64,000 nt of DNA from assembly GCA_038212275.1 (NCBI GenBank), contig JBBQUR010000006.1, positions 64,001-128,000 of the forward strand, in the 5' to 3' direction. The first letter of the stretch is position 1. Each line of letters begins with the position of its first letter. Both the position numbers and the translations under genes were made by a program. The notes beneath the pieces were generated by a model, which was given only the letters and a program-made list of their open reading frames with translations, was not told the DNA's origin and did not search any database. This DNA comes from Planctomycetota bacterium (GTDB taxonomy: Bacteria; Planctomycetota; B15-G4). Shown here one piece after another: positions 58,557-64,000 of the stretch.

Positions 58557-59285
58557 TCATGGCGGCAGGGCGATCCCGAAGTCGCGCTCGAGAACCGGCA
58601 CGAGTTCTTCCAGCGAGTGGACCTCGTAGCGCGGCGCGGTGCGGCCCTGCACGCCCTCGAAGCGATTGTCGCGGTGGATGCGCACCGGCACGAGCCCCGC
58701 CGCATTGCACGGATCCACGTCGTGCAGCGGGTGGTCGCCGATGTACATGACCTCCTGCGGCAGCAGGCCGAGCGTGGCGCAGGCGCGCTGATAGAGCTTC
58801 GGGTTCGGTTTGCTGATGCCGACCTGGTCGCTGATGAAGATCGCCGCCGGGTTGAGCCACGGGACGACGTTGAGCAGCAGCAGCTTCTCGGCCTGCTTGA
58901 CCTCGAGTCCGTGCGTGATGATGCCCAGCATGATGTCGCCCTGCTCGTGCACACGGCGCAGGAAGGGCAGCACGTCGGGGAAGGGTTGCAGCTCGGCCTT
59001 CGTCGCGTGGTAGGCCATGATGCCCGCCGCGATGATCAGTGCGCGGTTCGTGCCGGCCCAGCTGGTAGGCGGCAGGCGCAGCAGCAGCTTGTCGAAGTGA
59101 CCGCCGTAGTTGCTGGTGAACTCGGCGATGACCTCGTCGAGTTCGCGGCGCACCTCGGTCACGGGCAGGCGCAGTCCCTGTCGCACCATGGCATCCACGG
59201 CCCTGCGCCGCGCGAGCGACGCGAACTGCGTCGTGCTGAACAACGTGTCGTCGACGTCGAAGAAGATCGCGCTGAGCTTCGCCAC
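58557..59285 (-). CDS. HAD-IA hydrolase (TIGR02253-like)
   Basis: FFDVDDTL, GIIT, KPNP, GDHPLHD. Confidence 0.9.
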   Translation of the reverse strand: MAKLSAIFFDVDDTLFSTTQFASLARRRAVDAMVRQGLRLPVTEVRRELDEVIAEFTSNYGGHFDKLLLRLPPTSWAGTNRALIIAAGIMAYHATKAELQPFPDVLPFLRRVHEQGDIMLGIITHGLEVKQAEKLLLLNVVPWLNPAAIFISDQVGISKPNPKLYQRACATLGLLPQEVMYIGDHPLHDVDPCNAAGLVPVRIHRDNRFEGVQGRTAPRYEVHSLEELVPVLERDFGIALPP

Positions 59286-59437
59286 GCAGGGATTCTGGGC
59301 CTGCTGCGTGCAGCGATCAAGGCTCAGCCGGCCTGATCATCCGACGCCTCCCCGCGCGCCCGATGGGGTGCCGGTGGGGCAGGCCGGCCCGCCCCGGCGC
59401 ACGCGCGAGTCCGGCGTCAGCGCGGGATCGCGCGAGT

Positions 59438-61969
59438 TCAGCGCGGGTTGGCGCTGCTGATCGGGCGCGTGTCCATTTCGCTGAAGTCGGAGATCGTGGC
59501 CCGGATGATGATGATCAGGTCCTCGGTCTCGTCGGTCAGGCCCTTCTCGCGGAAGAGGAAGCCAAGCACCGGGATGTCGCCCAGCCAGGGCGTCTGGGCC
59601 GTGCGGTTCTTGTAGTTCACGTGCTTGAGGCCGCCGATCACCACCGAGCCCCGGTCGGGAACCACGACGGTGGTCTGGGCATCGCTGACGTCGAGCTGCG
59701 GCAGCGAGAACTGGACCGCGCTGCTGATGCCGCCGAGGTTGGTCGAGATCTGGCGGATCGGGCGCCGGAGGTCGGCCACGGTGGCCTGCACGTCCAGCGT
59801 CACGTACTTGCGGTCGAAGGAGATCGTGGGCCGCACGTCGAGCACGATGCCTTCCTGCACGACGCCGATGAACGGATCGGCGATGAAGGCGCCGTTGGCC
59901 ACGTCGACGTCGTAGCCCTGCACGAACGAGACCTCGTTCACGACGGTCACGAAGGCACGCTGCGTGTTGTAGACCGAGACGACGGGCGAGCTGATCTCGG
60001 TGGCATTGCGGCTCTTCTGCACCGCGTTGATGACGATGTTGAACTCGTCGTCGCCGAGGACCGCGATCTGGAAGGCGCCGCCGCCGACGGTCGAGAGCAG
60101 GCCGCCGAGCGGATCGTTGAAGAAGTTCTCCGACACGCCCGCGTACTTGGAGTTGCCCTTGTCGAAGAAGAAACCGGCGTTCGGGTTGCCCGTGCCGTTT
60201 CCGTTGTTGTCGAGGCCCTGAGAGTTCGCCGGATCGACGGCGGTCAGGTCGACCTCGGTGCCGAGGTTGCCGCCGGGGCCGAGGCCGCGGAGGTCGGTGC
60301 CGATTTCCTCGATGAAGGCGTCGGTGATCTCGAAGAAGCGGGCCTCGAGCGTGACCATCGTGGTGGAGAAGGCGCGCAGGTCGTTCAGGAAGTCCGCGAC
60401 CTGCTGCTGCACTTCGGGCGTGTGGATCACGAGCAGGTTGTTGCTGTCCACGAAGTCGATGCTGTAGCCGAGGCCGGCGTCCCACGATTCGCGGTCGATG
60501 TTCTCGCGCACGAGGTTGAGCACCTCGTCGGGCTCGATGAGGCGCACCTTCTCGAGCTCCGAGCTGAAGATCGTGTTCTCGTTGCTGTCGCCCGCCTCGC
60601 CGGGGAGCGGGATGTCACGGATGTCGGGGCCCTTGAAGTCCGTGATGGGGAAGGTCAGGTCCTGGATGTCGTGGATATGCGGGACGGGAAGGCCGGCCGC
60701 TTTGGTCTTCAGGGTGATGTACACGCGGCCGTTGCGGATCATCCATGCCAGGTCCTTGCCGACCTGATCCACGAGGATGTTCAGCAGCGACTCCACCGGG
60801 ATGTCGCGCAGGTCGTTGATCGTGACGTACTCGGCGGCGCTGTCGAGCGCTGCCGTGACCTCCGGGTCCACCGAAACCGGGATGTCCGTCGTGAAGAAGA
60901 TGTTGTTGGCGACCTGGGCCAGAGTCAGCTCCTGGAAGTCGGCGTTCATGCGCGTGGACTTCAGCTTGGCGATGAGCGCCACCGCCTCGGGATCCGGAGC
61001 CTTGCCCAGCACGCCGCCGCCGGTGCGAAGGCGCGTGAGCTCGGCCCAGCGCTCGCCGTCGGGCGCGGTGAGGATGTCGTTGGTCGGGATGCGCACCGCG
61101 TCCATCGACTCGCGCCAGCGCGTGAATTCCTCGCGTCGCTGCTTCAGGAACTCGCGATTCGCGTTCTCACGGCGACCCTCACGGGCCGCCTCGACGAGCT
61201 GCAGCGCCTGGGCGTTGTCCGGCTGCTCCTTCAGGGCCTCCTCGGCCAGTTCCGCGGAGGCGGCGAAGTCGTTGCGCAGGAACTTCGCGGCGGAGGCATC
61301 GAGGAGCGCGTCCACCTTCGCCTGGTTCTGCTGAGTCAGTTGCGACTCCTCCGCCTGCAGCGCGAGGTAGGCGGCCTTCTCCTTGTTCAGGCGCTCGGTC
61401 GTGGACGATCCGCTGGCGGCGTTCTCGGCCTTGTCGAGCAGGCTGCGCGCGTTGTTGGAGATCTCGCCCCAGTCCACGCCCGAAGACCACTGGACCTGAT
61501 TGACGACGTTGCGCGCGAGGGCGCTCGCCTTCATCGAGTCGCCGGCCTCGAGGAGCGCCTTGGCGGTGGCGAGGTCCTGCTGCGCGGCAGCCTTCATCTG
61601 CTGGCGCTGCGCCTCGTAGCGCTGCGCGGCGGAGACCGCGAGCGCGCGCGCCTCGGCCTCGGGCTTGCCCTGCAGCAGCTGGATCTGCGCGAGGTAGTCG
61701 CCGACGACGCGGTTGGTCACGTCGAGGTCGCGCGCGAGGAGCAACTCGGACTCGGCGTGCGCGAGATCGAGGCGTTCCTCGAAGGCCCGCGCATTCGCGA
61801 GGTGCCGCTCGACGAGCAGATAGTTCTTCTGCGCGATGAGATCGAGTCGGGCGCGCTCGGCCGCGACCTTGTCGGACATGGAGTCCTGAGCCGGAGCGTG
61901 CACGGCGAGCATGAGCAGCGCCAGAAGCGCGAGCAGTGCGACCGGGGAGTGGACAGCGAGGCGCTTCAT
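59438..61969 (-). CDS. secretin (GspD/PilQ-like) with long helical N-terminal extension
   Basis: signal peptide from MKRLAV; STN-like and N3-like domains; VTLEARFFEI, GIVLDVRPTIS, VIGGL, PWLGDIPVLGFLFR. Confidence 0.92.
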   Translation of the reverse strand: MKRLAVHSPVALLALLALLMLAVHAPAQDSMSDKVAAERARLDLIAQKNYLLVERHLANARAFEERLDLAHAESELLLARDLDVTNRVVGDYLAQIQLLQGKPEAEARALAVSAAQRYEAQRQQMKAAAQQDLATAKALLEAGDSMKASALARNVVNQVQWSSGVDWGEISNNARSLLDKAENAASGSSTTERLNKEKAAYLALQAEESQLTQQNQAKVDALLDASAAKFLRNDFAASAELAEEALKEQPDNAQALQLVEAAREGRRENANREFLKQRREEFTRWRESMDAVRIPTNDILTAPDGERWAELTRLRTGGGVLGKAPDPEAVALIAKLKSTRMNADFQELTLAQVANNIFFTTDIPVSVDPEVTAALDSAAEYVTINDLRDIPVESLLNILVDQVGKDLAWMIRNGRVYITLKTKAAGLPVPHIHDIQDLTFPITDFKGPDIRDIPLPGEAGDSNENTIFSSELEKVRLIEPDEVLNLVRENIDRESWDAGLGYSIDFVDSNNLLVIHTPEVQQQVADFLNDLRAFSTTMVTLEARFFEITDAFIEEIGTDLRGLGPGGNLGTEVDLTAVDPANSQGLDNNGNGTGNPNAGFFFDKGNSKYAGVSENFFNDPLGGLLSTVGGGAFQIAVLGDDEFNIVINAVQKSRNATEISSPVVSVYNTQRAFVTVVNEVSFVQGYDVDVANGAFIADPFIGVVQEGIVLDVRPTISFDRKYVTLDVQATVADLRRPIRQISTNLGGISSAVQFSLPQLDVSDAQTTVVVPDRGSVVIGGLKHVNYKNRTAQTPWLGDIPVLGFLFREKGLTDETEDLIIIIRATISDFSEMDTRPISSANPR

Positions 61970-62073
61970 CAGCAGGAATCTCCAGGGCGGCCCGAGGCCG
62001 GGAGGGTCAGCTTGCCTCTCGGCCCGCCACGCGGGGCCGTGCTTCGGTGGCACGGCCATGCGTTGGGGGGCGG

Positions 62074-62082
62074 ATGCTAGCA
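62074..62082 (-). promoter_or_regulatory. possible extended -10 for the secretin gene (inside palindrome GATGCTAGCATC)
   Basis: TGcTAGCAT on the minus strand about 105 nt upstream of the secretin ATG. Confidence 0.3.
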
Positions 62083-62086
62083 TCGG

Positions 62087-62527
62087 TCACGCGTCGAACG
62101 CCACGCCGGCAAAGGTGATGTCCAGCATCCCGGCCTTGATGCACTCGTCCACCACCTTGACCACGTGGGCGTAGGTGATGCCGCGATAGGGGTAGAGCGT
62201 GGCCTTCATGTCGGGGCTCACGCGCTTCAGTTCGGACAGCTTGGCCCGCAGGGTGGTCAGGTTGGGGATCTTGGACGCGTTCAGGGTGATGAAGAACCCG
62301 TCCGGCAGGCTCTTGTCAGCGAAGAGCCCGATCTCGGCCTTGAGCAGGTTGGCGTCGGTCTGGGTGCTGTTGACACCCAGGTCCTTGGGGAGCTGCGTCT
62401 CCAGCTTGCCCTCGAGCGCTTTGAACTTGATCGTGGTCAGGAAGAAGATGATGAGCTGGAACACGACGTCGATCATCGGCGTCATGTCCGCCTCGGTCGC
62501 GTCCAGGTTGTACTGCTTGCTTCCCAT
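62087..62527 (-). CDS. exbD: ExbD/TolR family protein (copy 2)
   Basis: DMTPMIDVVFQLIIFF TM with the essential Asp; YAHVVKVVDECIKAG. Confidence 0.92.
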   Translation of the reverse strand: MGSKQYNLDATEADMTPMIDVVFQLIIFFLTTIKFKALEGKLETQLPKDLGVNSTQTDANLLKAEIGLFADKSLPDGFFITLNASKIPNLTTLRAKLSELKRVSPDMKATLYPYRGITYAHVVKVVDECIKAGMLDITFAGVAFDA

Positions 62528-62530
62528 CGC

Positions 62531-62992
62531 TCAGGACTCCTCGGGCTGGCCGGCCGCCAGATGGATCTTGTAGATGCGGATGCCCATCTCGCCGCAGATG
62601 CGCAGCAGCTTCTGCACGTGCTTGAACTCCGTGGTCTGATCCGCACGGATCAGCAACGCGCGCTCGGACAGTCCCTGAGCGTCCTTCTTGCCCTTGAGCA
62701 CGGCGTCGGCGAGCAGCGCGCGGATGACCTGCTGCGTGGCCGGGTCGTCGAGCGTGCTGTACTCCTTGCGCTTGATCTGGATGGAGCCGTTTTTCATCAG
62801 GTTGACGGTGAGGCGTCCCGTCTCCTGTTCGTCCTTCACCGCCTGCGTGGCGAGCGGGAGCTTGATGTCGGCCAGCTCCTGCTGGGTCATGTCCGTCACG
62901 ACCATGAAGAAGATGATGAGCTGGAACACGACGTCGATCATCGGCGTCATGTCCATCTTCGTGGCTTCCATCTCGTACTTCTTGTTGCCCAT
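62531..62992 (-). CDS. exbD: ExbD/TolR family protein (copy 1)
   Basis: DMTPMIDVVFQLIIFF; IKLP; LLIRAD. Confidence 0.93.
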   Translation of the reverse strand: MGNKKYEMEATKMDMTPMIDVVFQLIIFFMVVTDMTQQELADIKLPLATQAVKDEQETGRLTVNLMKNGSIQIKRKEYSTLDDPATQQVIRALLADAVLKGKKDAQGLSERALLIRADQTTEFKHVQKLLRICGEMGIRIYKIHLAAGQPEES

Positions 62993-63087
62993 GGCTCAGC
63001 TCCTCATGCCGACGGGGCTTCGGGGCAGCAGCGCGCGGACGCGGGGCGGCAGATCCGTCCCGGTCTCGCGGCGGCTGCAGGCGGACG

Positions 63088-63837
63088 TCACGACGCGTTC
63101 CGCGGACGGAAGCGCTCGAACATGTCTTCGATGACCGAACCGACCTCGATGGTGAAGGACACCATGCGGTTGCGCAGGATCACGAAGGCCGACGTCACGG
63201 GGATGGCGACCATCAGACCGAGCAGCGTGGTGATCAGCGCCGACGCGATGTTGTGCGCGAGCTGGTCCGGCGTGGCCTGACCCTTGGTGGCGGCGATCTG
63301 CTCGAAGGCCGCGATCATGCCCTGCACCGTACCGAGCAGTCCGAGCATCGGGGCGATGGCGGCGATCAGCGAGAGCCACGCCAGCTTGGCGTTCACCTTC
63401 GTGACCTCCTCGTCCATCATCTCCTCGAGGTGCTTCTCCATCGTCTCGAAGGACACGTTGATCTTCGGCAGGCCGGCGGCCACGACGTTGGTGAAGAAGC
63501 AGGGCTCCGACTCGCAGACCTCCATGGCCTCCTGATACTCCTCGGCCTCGAGCAGCGCCTCGATCTCGTCCACGATCTCCGGAGGCGCCATCTTCACCTT
63601 CCGGATCTCGATGAAGAGCTTGATGATCAGCGTGAGGCCGATCACGGAGAGCAACTCGATCACCCAGCCGATGTAGCCGGCGTCGTACTGGAACTTGTCG
63701 AAGCCCGACATCTCCTGCGCCGCCGGAGCGGGAGCGGCGCCCTCGACCGGAGCGTCTTGCGCGGCGACGATCGCGGGGAGCACGAGGAGGGCCAGCAAGG
63801 CCAGGGCGGGCAGCAGGTACTTGATCTTGGCCTTCAT
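63088..63837 (-). CDS. exbB: MotA/TolQ/ExbB proton channel protein
   Basis: APMLGLLGTVQGMI and ALITTLLGLMVAIP; signal-like N-terminus. Confidence 0.95.
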   Translation of the reverse strand: MKAKIKYLLPALALLALLVLPAIVAAQDAPVEGAAPAPAAQEMSGFDKFQYDAGYIGWVIELLSVIGLTLIIKLFIEIRKVKMAPPEIVDEIEALLEAEEYQEAMEVCESEPCFFTNVVAAGLPKINVSFETMEKHLEEMMDEEVTKVNAKLAWLSLIAAIAPMLGLLGTVQGMIAAFEQIAATKGQATPDQLAHNIASALITTLLGLMVAIPVTSAFVILRNRMVSFTIEVGSVIEDMFERFRPRNAS

Positions 63838-63872
63838 GAATGAGGTTCTCATTGGGTAGGTACAGGCGGGGA

Positions 63873-64000
63873 TCATGGGAGTGACTCCTGGGCCAGCTTG
63901 GCCCAGCGCGTGTCGGGGTAGCGTGCGACGACTTCCTGGAAGCACGCCATGGCGCGCTGGTGCCCGTTGGGCTCCTTGCCTGCCGCGGCGAGCGCTTCCG
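63873..64000 (-). CDS. TPR-containing protein (3' end only; CpoB/BamD-like terminus)
   Basis: manual translation ...RAMACFQEVVARYPDTRWAKLAQESLP*. Confidence 0.6.
   Translation of the reverse strand, partial: EALAAAGKEPNGHQRAMACFQEVVARYPDTRWAKLAQESLP

Noticed and set aside
59363..62080. 905-aa + strand ORF opposite the secretin (similarly 52231-54945, 45142-47361 and 32518-34749 on the minus strand)
   Set aside because: Antisense shadow ORFs expected from high-GC codon bias; no recognisable motifs, and the opposite strand has clear family signatures
62996..63379. 127-aa minus-strand ORF between exbB and exbD as a TonB-like gene
   Set aside because: Overlaps exbB in another frame; no TM anchor or TonB C-terminal features

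Overview
High-GC bacterial chromosome segment. Gene content and protein styles suggest Planctomycetota/PVC (inference only). From left to right: the 3' end of an rpoN operon (rpoN-truA-hpf-ptsN-ptsH); a DUF2344-rne/rng-rplU-rpmA-obgE block; then a ~20 kb stretch with visibly lower GC (about 7.8-28 kb). That stretch encodes a GspC-like PDZ membrane protein, coaX, a shortened MnmE-like GTPase, three giant (1,250-1,620 aa) Ig-like lipoproteins that share a C-terminal motif (two of them glycine-rich), a small Ig-like lipoprotein, a prepilin peptidase and TatD. Next come hydrolases, proline dehydrogenase, three GT-C-type glycosyltransferases around a phosphosugar mutase, a coupled comEC-comM pair, LOG-coaD-ridA, and two convergent peptide ABC transporter clusters flanking a secreted M28 peptidase. 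The window ends with an archaeal-type HAD phosphatase and a minus-strand run of TPR-exbB-exbD-exbD-secretin. I recognised no tRNA, rRNA, CRISPR array, integrase or transposase. The best candidates for an undescribed system are (1) the giant-lipoprotein/GspC/prepilin-peptidase cluster and (2) the secretin adjacent to an ExbB-ExbD-ExbD proton-motor set. All calls come from motif recognition by eye; no searches were run.
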